Shown one piece after another: positions 10,725-20,066 of a stretch of 64,000 bases of DNA. The notes beneath the pieces are model-generated. The model did not search any database. It had not been told where the DNA came from and saw only the letters and a list, made by a program, of their open reading frames with translations. Made by a program: the position numbers and the translations under genes. How positions within the stretch are numbered: position 1 is the first letter of the stretch; every line of letters starts with the position of its first letter. The DNA lies in the NCBI GenBank assembly GCA_964355765.1, contig CAYHEM010000005.1, positions 33,495-97,494 on the forward strand. The letters are read 5' to 3'. Source of the stretch: an uncultured Gallionella sp. (GTDB lineage: Bacteria > Pseudomonadota > Gammaproteobacteria > Burkholderiales > Gallionellaceae).

Positions 10725-11183
10725 TTAACCGAGAGAGTTGATAAAATTCAGCACGTCCTGCGCGTGACCGTCCGCCTTGAGTCCACGCCATTCCTGGCGA
10801 AGCACCCCGTCTTTATCAAAGACAAAAGTGCTGCGTTCGATGCTGCGTACCTGCCTGCCATACCTGTTTTTCATCTTGATGACACCGAACAGGTTGCATA
10901 CCCTTTCATCGACGTCGGAGAGTAACGCGAATGGCAGAGAAAACTTGGCCTTGAAATTTTCATGCGACTTGATGCTGTCGCGCGAAATGCCCACCACGGT
11001 GCAATTCGCTTTCTGAAACTTTGCATACAGATCGCGAAATTGCCGCGCTTCGGTGGCGCAACCCGGGGTATTATCCTTGGGGTAAAAATAAAGAGCCAGA
11101 GTCTTACCGCGCGCGCCGGATAGGGTGAATGCCTGACCACTGGTGGCTGGCAAGGAGAAATCAACGATGGTGTTTTCGGGCAT
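10725..11183 (-). CDS. bcp: Thioredoxin-dependent peroxiredoxin Bcp
   Basis: YFYPKDNTPGCATE peroxidatic-Cys motif, 152 aa. Confidence 0.9.
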   Translation of the reverse strand: MPENTIVDFSLPATSGQAFTLSGARGKTLALYFYPKDNTPGCATEARQFRDLYAKFQKANCTVVGISRDSIKSHENFKAKFSLPFALLSDVDERVCNLFGVIKMKNRYGRQVRSIERSTFVFDKDGVLRQEWRGLKADGHAQDVLNFINSLG

Positions 11184-11264
11184 AAGGGCATTCAGTCAAC
11201 ATGCCGCCATTCTTGTCAAAAACCGCGGCAAAGGCAAGCATCAAATGACCTGCCCCGTTTTTGG

Positions 11265-11294
11265 TTGACAGTTCGGGACAAAAAAACCTACATT
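11265..11294 (+). promoter_or_regulatory. Candidate sigma70 promoter for acs
   Basis: TTGACA (11265-11270), 18-nt spacer, TACATT (11289-11294). A GAGGAGA Shine-Dalgarno sits about 6 nt before the ATG at 11347. Pattern match only. Confidence 0.3.
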
Positions 11295-11346
11295 CACCCC
11301 ATTCCCGATTTTTCTGCTTCCACCACCGCTATCGAGGAGACATTCT

Positions 11347-13314
11347 ATGTCCGACATCCAATCCGTGTTGCATGAAACCCGAGTATTTAACCCATCCGAA
11401 GACTTTGTCAGACAGGCCAATGTCTCCGGCATGGAAAGTTATCAGGCCATGTGCAAGGCAGCGGAGCAGGACTATGCAGGTTACTGGGCCAAGCTGGCGC
11501 GCGAAACCCTGCTGTGGAAAAAACCGTTTACCAAAACACTGGACGAGAGCAATGCGCCGTTTTTCAAGTGGTTTGAGGACGGCGAGTTGAATGTTTCGCA
11601 TAACTGTCTCGACAAGCATCTTGTCAGCCAGCCGGAAAAAATCGCGATCATTTTCGAAGCCGACGACGGCACGGTGACGAAAATCAATTACCGCGATCTT
11701 CATGCACGCGTCTGCCAGTTTGCCAACGGCCTGAAATCGCGCGGCATCAAAAAAGGCGAGCGCGTCATCATCTACATGCCGATGAGCATCGAGGCGGTCG
11801 TCGCGATGCAGGCCTGCGCGCGCATCGGCGCGATCCATTCGGTGGTATTCGCCGGATTTTCCTCCAGAAGCTTGCATGAGCGCATCACCGATGCCCAGGC
11901 GTGCGCGGTGATTACCGCCGACGCGCAAATGCGCGGCGGCAAGCTGATGCCGCTGAAACCTGCAGTGGACGAAGCATTGACGCTAGGTGGCTGCGACAAA
12001 GTACACAGTGTCGTCGTGTATCGGCGCGCCGCCTGCGAAACCGCGTGGAACACAGCGCATGATGTTTGGTGGCATGATCTGGTGGCGGGACAAAGCGCCA
12101 TCTGCGAACCGGAATGGGTCAGTGCGGAACATCCGCTGTTCATACTCTATACCTCCGGTTCCACCGGCAAACCCAAGGGTGTGCAACATTCCAGCGGCGG
12201 CTATCTGCTGTTGGCGATGCTGTCGATGCAATGGGTGTTCGATTACAAACCGGCCGATATTTTCTGGTGCACCGCAGATGTGGGCTGGGTCACCGGCCAC
12301 AGCTATGTCACCTACGGCCCGCTGGCAATGGGCGCGACGCAGGTGGTATTCGAGGGTGTGCCAACCTGGCCCGATGCAGGTCGCTTCTGGAAGATGATTC
12401 AGGATCATCGGGTGACGATCTTCTATACCGCACCAACCGCGATCCGCTCCCTCATCAAGCTGGGGGGCGACTTGCCGGGAAAATACGATTTGTCCAGCCT
12501 GCGCCTGCTCGGCTCGGTCGGCGAACCGATCAACCCGGAAGCCTGGATGTGGTATTACACCGAAGTCGGCCGCTCGCGCTGCCCGATTGTGGATACCTGG
12601 TGGCAAACCGAAACCGGCGCGCACATGATTGCACCGCTGCCCGGTGCGATGCCGATCAAGCCCGGCACCTGCACGCTGCCCCTGCCCGGCATCATGGCTA
12701 CCATCGTCGATGAAACCGGGGAAGAATTGCATGGTCCGAATGGCGGTTTTCTCGTCATCAAGCGCCCGTTTCCGTCACAAATCCGCACCATCTGGGGCGA
12801 CCCGGAGCGCTATAAAAAAAGTTATTTTCCGGAAGAAATGCGCGGCTATTACCTTGCAGGTGATTCCGCGCACCGCGATGAAGACGGGTATTTCTGGATC
12901 ATGGGGCGCATCGATGATGTGCTGAATGTTTCCGGCCACCGTCTCGGGACGATGGAAATTGAATCGGCGCTGGCTGCCAATCCGCTGGTCGCCGAGGCAG
13001 CCGTGGTCGGCAAGCCGCATGACATCAAGGGGGAAGCGATCGTGGCCTTTGTCGTGTTGAAAAGCGCACGTCCGGACAATCCGGTCAAAGCCAAAGAAAT
13101 AGCCGCAAGCCTGCGCGCCTGGGTGGGAAAGGAAATCGGCTCGATTGCCAAACCCGATGAAATTCGCTTTGGCGATAATCTGCCCAAGACGCGCTCCGGC
13201 AAAATCATGCGCCGCCTGCTGCGCGCCATCGCCAGAGGAGAAGATATTACCCAAGACGTTTCGACACTGGAAAACCCAGCCATTCTCGAACAGTTGAAAA
13301 ACGCTGTGCGCTAA
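11347..13314 (+). CDS. acs: Acetyl-CoA synthetase
   Basis: 655 aa with AMP-binding signature [11 protein letters not shown]. Full-length typical Acs N- and C-termini. Confidence 0.97.
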   Translation: MSDIQSVLHETRVFNPSEDFVRQANVSGMESYQAMCKAAEQDYAGYWAKLARETLLWKKPFTKTLDESNAPFFKWFEDGELNVSHNCLDKHLVSQPEKIAIIFEADDGTVTKINYRDLHARVCQFANGLKSRGIKKGERVIIYMPMSIEAVVAMQACARIGAIHSVVFAGFSSRSLHERITDAQACAVITADAQMRGGKLMPLKPAVDEALTLGGCDKVHSVVVYRRAACETAWNTAHDVWWHDLVAGQSAICEPEWVSAEHPLFILYTSGSTGKPKGVQHSSGGYLLLAMLSMQWVFDYKPADIFWCTADVGWVTGHSYVTYGPLAMGATQVVFEGVPTWPDAGRFWKMIQDHRVTIFYTAPTAIRSLIKLGGDLPGKYDLSSLRLLGSVGEPINPEAWMWYYTEVGRSRCPIVDTWWQTETGAHMIAPLPGAMPIKPGTCTLPLPGIMATIVDETGEELHGPNGGFLVIKRPFPSQIRTIWGDPERYKKSYFPEEMRGYYLAGDSAHRDEDGYFWIMGRIDDVLNVSGHRLGTMEIESALAANPLVAEAAVVGKPHDIKGEAIVAFVVLKSARPDNPVKAKEIAASLRAWVGKEIGSIAKPDEIRFGDNLPKTRSGKIMRRLLRAIARGEDITQDVSTLENPAILEQLKNAVR

Positions 13315-13692
13315 TTGGCCGGGTTTGGTTACGACATAACCCGCCAACGGGTTAGTCTCCACCGCAACAAGCCTCTGCGAGGCGTGTTGTCGGCGCAGGC
13401 TAACATCGCTTGCGATGTTAAGGTGCGCAGCACCGGCCGTAGCCAAAACCCAGCCATTCTCGAACAGTTGAAAAACGCTGTGCGCTAATTGGCCGGGTTT
13501 GGTTACGACATAACCCGCCAACGGGTTAGTCTCCACCGCAACAAGCCTCTGCGAGGCGTGTTGTCGGCGCAGGCTAACATCGCTTGCGATGTTAAGGTGC
13601 GCAGCACCGGCCGTAGCCAAAACCCAGCCATTCTCGAACAGTTGAAAAACGCAGTGCGTTAATTGGCTGGGTTTGGTTACAACATAACCCGC
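13271..13692. repeat. 174-bp tandem repeat: 2 identical units plus a 74-nt diverged partial unit
   Basis: Units start at 13271, 13445 and 13619. Units 1 and 2 are identical by eye. Unit 3 has 4 mismatches over 74 nt and then runs into unique sequence. Each unit starts with the last 44 nt of acs including the stop codon. Confidence 0.95.
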
Positions 13693-14282
13693 TGCTCATT
13701 GTTCCCAGGATTTTCATCAGCCCAATTATTGAGGTATTTCTCCAGCCAGAACAGCCCGACGATGGTTTTGCTGTCGTTGATCTTGCCAGAGCGTATCCAC
13801 GCTATCGCCTCCTGCAGGGGCAATTCGAATACTTCCAGAAATTCACCATCGTCCAGATTGCGCCCTTGTCGCGTCAGGCCGCGCGCCAAGAAATATGCTA
13901 TGCGTTCGTCGGCGTAACCGATGCAAGGCCAGGCAGTGGTAAGGTGCTGCCACTCGCCTGCCGCATAACCGGTCTCTTCCAGCAACTCGCGTTGCGCGGT
14001 AAGCAGAATATCCTCTCCATGATCAATTTTTCCGGCGGGCAGTTCGATGAATTCGCGTTGCGGCGCGTAGCGAAATTGGCGCTCCAGCACCAGATTGCCG
14101 TTGTCCAGCATCGCCAGCACTGCCACCGCGCCGGGGTGGGTGATGTATTCGCGGCTGCCTGTCGCGCCATTCGGCAAAAGCACACTATCCTTGCGCACCT
14201 GCATGAAACTTCCTTCATACACCAATGCCGTATCCAGACGCTTTTCTTCCAGATCCACTATCACTCCTTGCTTCCGGGCCAA
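13677..14282 (-). CDS. Nudix hydrolase, ADP-ribose pyrophosphatase-like
   Basis: Nudix box GKIDHGEDILLTAQRELLEETG, 201 aa. The 3' end lies inside the third (partial) repeat unit. Confidence 0.8.
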   Translation of the reverse strand: MARKQGVIVDLEEKRLDTALVYEGSFMQVRKDSVLLPNGATGSREYITHPGAVAVLAMLDNGNLVLERQFRYAPQREFIELPAGKIDHGEDILLTAQRELLEETGYAAGEWQHLTTAWPCIGYADERIAYFLARGLTRQGRNLDDGEFLEVFELPLQEAIAWIRSGKINDSKTIVGLFWLEKYLNNWADENPGNNEQRVML

Positions 14283-14294
14283 AGCAGCTTCCGC

Positions 14295-16259
14295 TCAGCA
14301 AGCTCCGGGTTTTTCGAACTTCCAGTCAACAGCGCCTTCATCGTCCGAAAAAAAACGCGACGTGCGGCTATCCGTCTTCTGTATGGATATCCTGATATCG
14401 TTGTCCGTCATGTCCCTGAAAAAATTCAACCCACTTTCAACCTTCATTGTTTGTCCAGTGGTTTGACCGGCAACCTTATCTATCACACAAGCAATATTTT
14501 CCCCCATCCCGTCGCGGTCATGCATGACGGTAGAAAGCTCCGCTGCGGAGGCCTTGATTGACTTATCCAGCTCACCGATTTCCTCTTCCAGCATCACCAC
14601 TTGACTAGCCGCTTTGGCATTTTTCGCAACCAGTTTTTGCCAGGCGCCGATCCGATCTTCCGCCAGCTTGATTGCGCCGCTTCTGATTTCTTCTGCCAGC
14701 GTAAAATATCTTGAGACGTCCCGGTCCGACTTTATCCGTTCGATCTGACGCATTCTGGTTCCGATATTCGCCTGAGCATTGACCATTTCCTTTTTAAGGT
14801 CAGCGACACGCTGGTCAACGCCGGAAAAATCCGGGATCAATAGCGTCACCAGTGTCTCCCTGCCTTTGCGCTCATCAGAAGAAATAACCTTGATTCTCTC
14901 CGCCACAACCCTGCATCCCTCAACCTTGTCGGCGAACACTTCTTCACCAATGATTTCGCAATTCACCGCATATTCGATGCGAACAGTCTTGCCGATAATC
15001 ATGCTGCTCTCGCAAAACCTGACCGTCACTTCGCCGTCATAAGCGAGAATTACCGCGCGCGAAGCGTTCTTGTCCAATGTGACATTTCCGCCCGTTGCTT
15101 CCGCGCGACCGCCGGATAGATTGCCCCTGACGCAAATGTTACCATCCTGCGAAATCACGCTACCGAACACATTGGAAAGGAAAGTCATGTGCTTTCCCCT
15201 GACTACACGACCTTCCTGTACCTCGCCATGCTCGATAAATTCGTCTACCCCCAAAATCAGATCGCCCGTCGTCCTGGCACTAACACCTTCTTTAGTTTCA
15301 ATTTTTTTGGTAATTGACACTTTATTTGAATGGCTGTCCAGTGACAGGAACCCATCCAGTGCCGCCACAATATATTCGCCATCCGGTTCCTGCTCGATGC
15401 ACGTCCCGAATGAAGCAAGCGCATGCAAATCCAGATCCTTTGGCATTCTCGGTTCGATGACGTCACCGGTCACCTTGCGTCCCTGCTTGCCCAGCTTGCG
15501 CGCAAGCTTCTTGAGCATGCGCTCCCCTTTGACCATTTGCGGAAAGCGGTTCTCAAAAACACGCAAGTCGACCCTGCCGTTCGCCAGCATTCTGGGGGAA
15601 TTATCCCGATGCAAATGCTTGGAGACCTCCCTGATCTCGGCGTCGCTGCCTTCGGTGGGATCAAGACACCGTGCAATCGTCACGCGTGCCGGTGTACTGC
15701 TGGCAATGGCCTGCTGCACGGCATTTGCATCGATGCCGAACTTCACACCCTTCATCCACATATCGGCGATAAACTCGTCAAAATTCAACTTGGCCGGCTG
15801 CAACTCGATCTTGTTCTCATACCCGACGATGCTGGCAGTACCACTTTCGTCCGGCTCGCCATAAATCGGCTGCTCACTGCTTACTTCGATACTGACCGGC
15901 TCAAAAACATACTCGGCGCATTTTCCGCCTTCAAGCATCTTGACTGCCCTGTAGAGCGCGCGGCGCTCTGGCAAAAACCCGACAATTTCCGCCGCCAGTT
16001 TCACTTCCGTGCACTGGTCTTGTATCTCTGCCAGCCAATCGGCGTCATAAAGAAGCTTGAGAAAGACGCCATAATCCAGGCCCGAAAACAGCGCCTCTCC
16101 GGTGAACAGGCGCTCGACAAACTGCTCGAAGCCGCCTGCCGTCCGCAAGACCGGCAAGTCTATAAACACACCTTCGGGCCGCCTGGAGACAAAACCGGGA
16201 ATGATCAGGCCATTGAGGTCAGCATTCGCTAAACCAGGCAAGGCCATGCCTATATCCAC
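14295..16259 (-). CDS. FapA/DUF342-like protein (beta-helix plus coiled coil)
   Basis: 654 aa. The central region has short repetitive beta-strand-like segments (GNICVRGNLSGGRAEATGGNVTLD...VTVRFCE...VRIEYAV...), followed by a long coiled-coil-like segment. Assigned by overall pattern, not by a sharp motif. Confidence 0.5.
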   Translation of the reverse strand: MDIGMALPGLANADLNGLIIPGFVSRRPEGVFIDLPVLRTAGGFEQFVERLFTGEALFSGLDYGVFLKLLYDADWLAEIQDQCTEVKLAAEIVGFLPERRALYRAVKMLEGGKCAEYVFEPVSIEVSSEQPIYGEPDESGTASIVGYENKIELQPAKLNFDEFIADMWMKGVKFGIDANAVQQAIASSTPARVTIARCLDPTEGSDAEIREVSKHLHRDNSPRMLANGRVDLRVFENRFPQMVKGERMLKKLARKLGKQGRKVTGDVIEPRMPKDLDLHALASFGTCIEQEPDGEYIVAALDGFLSLDSHSNKVSITKKIETKEGVSARTTGDLILGVDEFIEHGEVQEGRVVRGKHMTFLSNVFGSVISQDGNICVRGNLSGGRAEATGGNVTLDKNASRAVILAYDGEVTVRFCESSMIIGKTVRIEYAVNCEIIGEEVFADKVEGCRVVAERIKVISSDERKGRETLVTLLIPDFSGVDQRVADLKKEMVNAQANIGTRMRQIERIKSDRDVSRYFTLAEEIRSGAIKLAEDRIGAWQKLVAKNAKAASQVVMLEEEIGELDKSIKASAAELSTVMHDRDGMGENIACVIDKVAGQTTGQTMKVESGLNFFRDMTDNDIRISIQKTDSRTSRFFSDDEGAVDWKFEKPGAC

Positions 16260-16331
16260 CCTGTCGGTTCACTACTGCCCATAGTGCGTTGCGAAACGAT
16301 TGCGTTCACCACCATTTCTCCCCAGTTCCCT

Positions 16332-17531
16332 TTAAAGACTTTCAAATATGCCCGCCGCACCCATTCCCGTTCCGATGCACATGGTCACCATGCCGTATTT
16401 CTGCTTGCGGCTGCGCAGACCGTGCAGCAGGGTCGCGGTGCGGATCGCGCCGGTTGCGCCGAGCGGGTGGCCGAGGGCAATCGCGCCGCCGAGCGGATTC
16501 ACCTTTGCCGGATCGAGGCCGACATCGCTAATCACAGCCAGCGTCTGCGCGGCGAAGGCTTCGTTCAGTTCGATCCAGTCCATATCGTCGAGCCGCAAAC
16601 CGACCTGCTGCAACACGCGTGGAATAGCTTCTTTCGGGCCGATACCCATGATTTCCGGCGGCACGCCCGCAACGCTGAAACCCAGAAACTTGCCGATGGG
16701 CTCAAGGTTATAACGCTTCAGCGCCGCCCCGCTGCACAGCAGCACCGCGCCTGCGCCGTCCGACATTTGTGAACTATTGCCTGCCGTAACCGAACCATTT
16801 TGCGCGAACACCGGCCTGAGTCCGGCCAGCGCATCAAGCGAGGTATCGGCACGCGGGCCTTCATCCTGTGCTGCCTCGCGCATCTTCAAACTGGCCGCGC
16901 GTGTCTGCATATCCGGCTGATGCTCGGCAATTTGATACGGCGTAATCTCATTCCTGAAGTCGCCATTCGCTATCGCCGCAATGGCACGCTGATGACTTTG
17001 CAGCGCAAAAGCATCCTGCGCCTCGCGCGACACATGCCATTTCTTAGCCACCTTCTCCGCCGTCAGCCCCATTCCATAGGCGATGGCGACATGGTCGTCG
17101 CCCGCGAATATCTGCGGATTGAATGCCACCTTGTTGCCCATCATCGGAATCATGCTCATGCTTTCCACACCTGCCGCGATCATCACCTCTGCCTCACCAA
17201 GCCGGATGCGATCCGCCGCATTCGCCACTGCCTGCAAACCGGACGAGCAAAAACGGTTTACCGTTACCCCCGGAACGCCATGCGGCAGCCCTGCCAGCAA
17301 CAACGCGATGCGCGCGACGTTCATGCCCTGCTCCGCCTCCGGCATCGCACAGCCGACGATGACATCACCGATCGCCGCCGGGTCAAGTGCCGGTGCTTGC
17401 GCCAGCACGCTCTTTAATACATGCACCAGCAGATCGTCGGGGCGCGTGTTGCGGAACATCCCGCGCGGCGCTTTGCCGACCGGCGTACGTGTCGCGGCAA
17501 CAATGTAGGCTTCCTGAATTTGTTTGGTCAT
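16332..17531 (-). CDS. Acetyl-CoA C-acyltransferase (thiolase)
   Basis: Active-site region NRFCSSGLQA and C-terminal CIGTGMGAA, 399 aa. Confidence 0.95.
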   Translation of the reverse strand: MTKQIQEAYIVAATRTPVGKAPRGMFRNTRPDDLLVHVLKSVLAQAPALDPAAIGDVIVGCAMPEAEQGMNVARIALLLAGLPHGVPGVTVNRFCSSGLQAVANAADRIRLGEAEVMIAAGVESMSMIPMMGNKVAFNPQIFAGDDHVAIAYGMGLTAEKVAKKWHVSREAQDAFALQSHQRAIAAIANGDFRNEITPYQIAEHQPDMQTRAASLKMREAAQDEGPRADTSLDALAGLRPVFAQNGSVTAGNSSQMSDGAGAVLLCSGAALKRYNLEPIGKFLGFSVAGVPPEIMGIGPKEAIPRVLQQVGLRLDDMDWIELNEAFAAQTLAVISDVGLDPAKVNPLGGAIALGHPLGATGAIRTATLLHGLRSRKQKYGMVTMCIGTGMGAAGIFESL

Positions 17532-17560
17532 GATGCTCTCCGCTCAGGCTCTGATCCCGC

Positions 17561-17722
17561 GACTATACATAGCGGTGGAAATCGTAGCGAGCGATTTTGC
17601 AGCGGAGAGAGACCAGAAAGCGGGAACCTGAGGATTCGGGGCGGGGCACGAGTCCGCTGCGGAATCCCGCGGCGAATCTATGTCGCTATGTGCAATCGAC
17701 AACCGCGCTGCCACATTATTTT
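17561..17722. repeat. Imperfect palindromic intergenic element with CGCTATGTATA-type ends
   Basis: The left end GACTATACATAGCGG and right end GTCGCTATGTGCAATCGAC are inverted relative to each other. GATTTTGCAGCGGA and TCCGCTGCGGAATC are an inner inverted pair. The right end is similar to 53278..53325. Confidence 0.35.
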
Positions 17723-18046
17723 TCCACCTGAGACACGTCCCGCACCGCACCCTTGTCGGCCGAAGTCACCATAAGGCGTTGGCCTGCGAACGGCGGAGCA
17801 GTGGCTCCACGCAAGTGGAGATGCGACCCGGCAGCAGTGCCCGCTGCCATCATATTCCTTCAAGCTGCGACACGTCCCGCACCGCGCCCTTGTCGGCCGA
17901 AGTCACCACAAGGCGTTGGCCTGCGAACGGCGGAGCAGTGGCTCCACGCAAGTGGAGATGCGACCCGGCAGCAGTGCCCGCTGCCATCATATTCCTTCAA
18001 GCTGCGACACGTCCCGCACCGCGCCCTTGTCGGCCGAAGTCACCAT
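17709..18046. repeat. 137-bp tandem repeat: 2 near-identical units plus a diverged ~63-nt partial unit
   Basis: GACACGTCCC recurs at 17732, 17869 and 18006 (period 137). Each unit contains the last ~57 nt of ilvD (minus strand) including the stop codon. Confidence 0.9.
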
Positions 18047-19840
18047 AGCAGCGTAGGCACGCAATGCGACCGATACCTTGCGCTGACGGTCTGTCGCGGG
18101 CTTCCATGCCTGCCTGCCCCTGGCCTGCATCGCGACGCGGCGGCGCACCAATTCCTCATCGGAAATCGCCAAATTGATACTGCGCTCCGGGATGTCGATC
18201 TCGATGGTGTCACCCTCCTCCACCAGCCCGATCGCGCCACACTGCGCAGCCTCCGGCGAAACATGGCCGATACTTAAACCCGAAGTGCCGCCGGAAAAAC
18301 GCCCGTCGGTAAGCAATGCGCATGCCTTGCCCAGACCTCTGGATTTCAGGTATGAAGTCGGATACAGCATCTCCTGCATGCCCGGCCCGCCCTTGGGTCC
18401 TTCATAGCGGATCACCACCACATCGCCCGCCACAATCTGATCGGCGAGGATGGCAGCCACTGCATCGTCCTGGCTTTCGAACACGCGCGCGCGTCCGGTG
18501 AATTTCAGGATACTTTCATCCACTCCGGCGGTTTTGACAATGCAGCCATCCGGTGCGATGTTGCCGTGCAACACCGCCAGCCCGCCGTCCTGACTGTGCG
18601 CATGCGCCTTGTCGCGGATACAACCGTTGGCACGATCTGCATCCAGCTCCGGATAATGCATGGATTGCGAGAAGGCAAGGGTGGTGACAATCCCGCCAGG
18701 CGCGGCGCGGAAAAATTTTTTCACGGCTTCATCCTGTGTCTGCACGATGTCCCACTGCTGCAAACCCTCGCGCAATGTCGCGCTGTGTATCGTCCCGGCG
18801 CCGGCATGCAACAGGCCGGCCCGGTCCAGTTCCCCCAGAATCGCGGGTATCCCGCCGGCACGATGCACGTCTTCCATGTGATATTCGGAGGAAGGTGCGA
18901 CCTTGCACAGCGTCGGCACATGGCGCGACAGGCGATCCATATCCTTCATGGTGAAGTTCACTTGCGCTTCCTGCGCAATCGCCAGCAGATGCAACACGGT
19001 ATTGGTCGAGCCGCCCATCGAGATATCCAGCGTCATGGCATTTTCGAATGCGTCGAACGTGGCGATGGAACGCGGCAACACACTCGCGTCGTCCTGTTCG
19101 TAGTAGCGTTTGCACAATTCGACGATGACGCGCCCGGCGCGCAAAAACAACTGCTTGCGCTCGGCATGCGTCGCCACCAGCGAACCGTTGCCGGGCAGCG
19201 CCAGTCCCAGCGCCTCGGCCAGGCAATTCATCGAATTGGCGGTAAACATGCCGGAACAGGAACCGCAGGTCGGGCAGGCGGAACGCTCGATGGCTTCACA
19301 TTCCGCCGCACTGACTTTGTCGTCCGCCGCTGCCACCATCGCATCCACCAGGTCCAGGCCCCGGGTCTGACCCTGCCAGTTGACCTTACCCGCCTCCATC
19401 GGCCCGCCCGAGACGAAAACCACCGGGATATTCAGGCGCATCGCCGCCATCAGCATCCCCGGTGTAATCTTGTCGCAATTTGAAATGCACACCAGCGCAT
19501 CGGCGCAATGCGCATTGACCATGTACTCCACACTGTCTGCGATCAGGTCGCGGCTCGGCAACGAATACAACATGCCGTCATGCCCCATCGCAATGCCGTC
19601 GTCGATGGCGATGGTGTTGAACTCCTTGGCGATGCCGCCCGCCTTCTCGATCTCGCGCGCCACCAGCTGCCCCATATCCTTGAGGTGGACATGGCCGGGC
19701 ACAAACTGGGTGAACGAATTGGCGATGGCGATAATGGGCTTGCCAAAATCGCCTTCCGTCATGCCGGTGGCGCGCCACAAGGCGCGCGCGCCGGCCATGT
19801 TGCGGCCATGGGTGGAAGTGCGGGAACGGTAAGCGGGCAT
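17987..19840 (-). CDS. ilvD: Dihydroxy-acid dehydratase
   Basis: 617 aa with IlvD/Edd signature [12 protein letters not shown]. Full-length. Confidence 0.97.
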   Translation of the reverse strand: MPAYRSRTSTHGRNMAGARALWRATGMTEGDFGKPIIAIANSFTQFVPGHVHLKDMGQLVAREIEKAGGIAKEFNTIAIDDGIAMGHDGMLYSLPSRDLIADSVEYMVNAHCADALVCISNCDKITPGMLMAAMRLNIPVVFVSGGPMEAGKVNWQGQTRGLDLVDAMVAAADDKVSAAECEAIERSACPTCGSCSGMFTANSMNCLAEALGLALPGNGSLVATHAERKQLFLRAGRVIVELCKRYYEQDDASVLPRSIATFDAFENAMTLDISMGGSTNTVLHLLAIAQEAQVNFTMKDMDRLSRHVPTLCKVAPSSEYHMEDVHRAGGIPAILGELDRAGLLHAGAGTIHSATLREGLQQWDIVQTQDEAVKKFFRAAPGGIVTTLAFSQSMHYPELDADRANGCIRDKAHAHSQDGGLAVLHGNIAPDGCIVKTAGVDESILKFTGRARVFESQDDAVAAILADQIVAGDVVVIRYEGPKGGPGMQEMLYPTSYLKSRGLGKACALLTDGRFSGGTSGLSIGHVSPEAAQCGAIGLVEEGDTIEIDIPERSINLAISDEELVRRRVAMQARGRQAWKPATDRQRKVSVALRAYAAMVTSADKGAVRDVSQLEGI

Positions 19841-19879
19841 GTTGTCTCTCTCTGTAAGTTTGGACCTGAAAAAGCGTTT

Positions 19880-20003
19880 ATCCGCAGATTACGCAGATTG
19901 GCGCAGATTCAAAGACATGACAATGATGATCTGTGCAACCATAGCGGGCGCAAGAATTTCATGGGGCCGGGTTGTAATCGGTTTAATCTGCGCAATCTGT
20001 GGA
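19880..20003. repeat. MITE-like element with phased CGCAGATT terminal repeats
   Basis: CGCAGATT occurs at 19883, 19892 and 19902 (9-10 nt spacing). Inverted copies AATCTGCG (19985) and CAATCTGTGG (19993), plus ATCTGTGC at 19929. Confidence 0.5.
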
Positions 20004-20066
20004 CGATTGCGACTCCAAGGTTAAAGCACACGTATAATCGAAGCTCTGATTCTACCCGATTCATCC

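Noticed and set aside
12775-13620. 281-aa minus-strand ORF with an internally duplicated sequence
   Set aside because: It is the antisense of the acs 3' region read through the two identical 174-bp repeat units. The internal protein repeat simply mirrors the DNA repeat, there is no independent coding signal, and it overlaps a confident gene.
13271-18046. The tandem arrays as CRISPR arrays or as a diversity-generating retroelement (VR/TR pair)
   Set aside because: The whole unit repeats, spacer included, so there are no unique spacers and it is not CRISPR. No reverse transcriptase is nearby, and the mismatches between copies are not adenine-specific, so it is not a DGR.
17680-18277. Plus-strand ORFs (122 aa and 174 aa) with repeated [12 protein letters not shown]-type segments
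   Set aside because: They are artefacts of reading the 137-bp tandem array and the antisense of the ilvD 3' end. The composition is Arg/Pro-rich, as expected for a wrong frame in GC-rich DNA.
20033-20038. Perfect TATAAT 29 nt upstream of lgt as a -10 box
   Set aside because: There is no acceptable -35 at 16-19 nt spacing (the nearest TTGCGA is 20 nt away). It is left uncalled.
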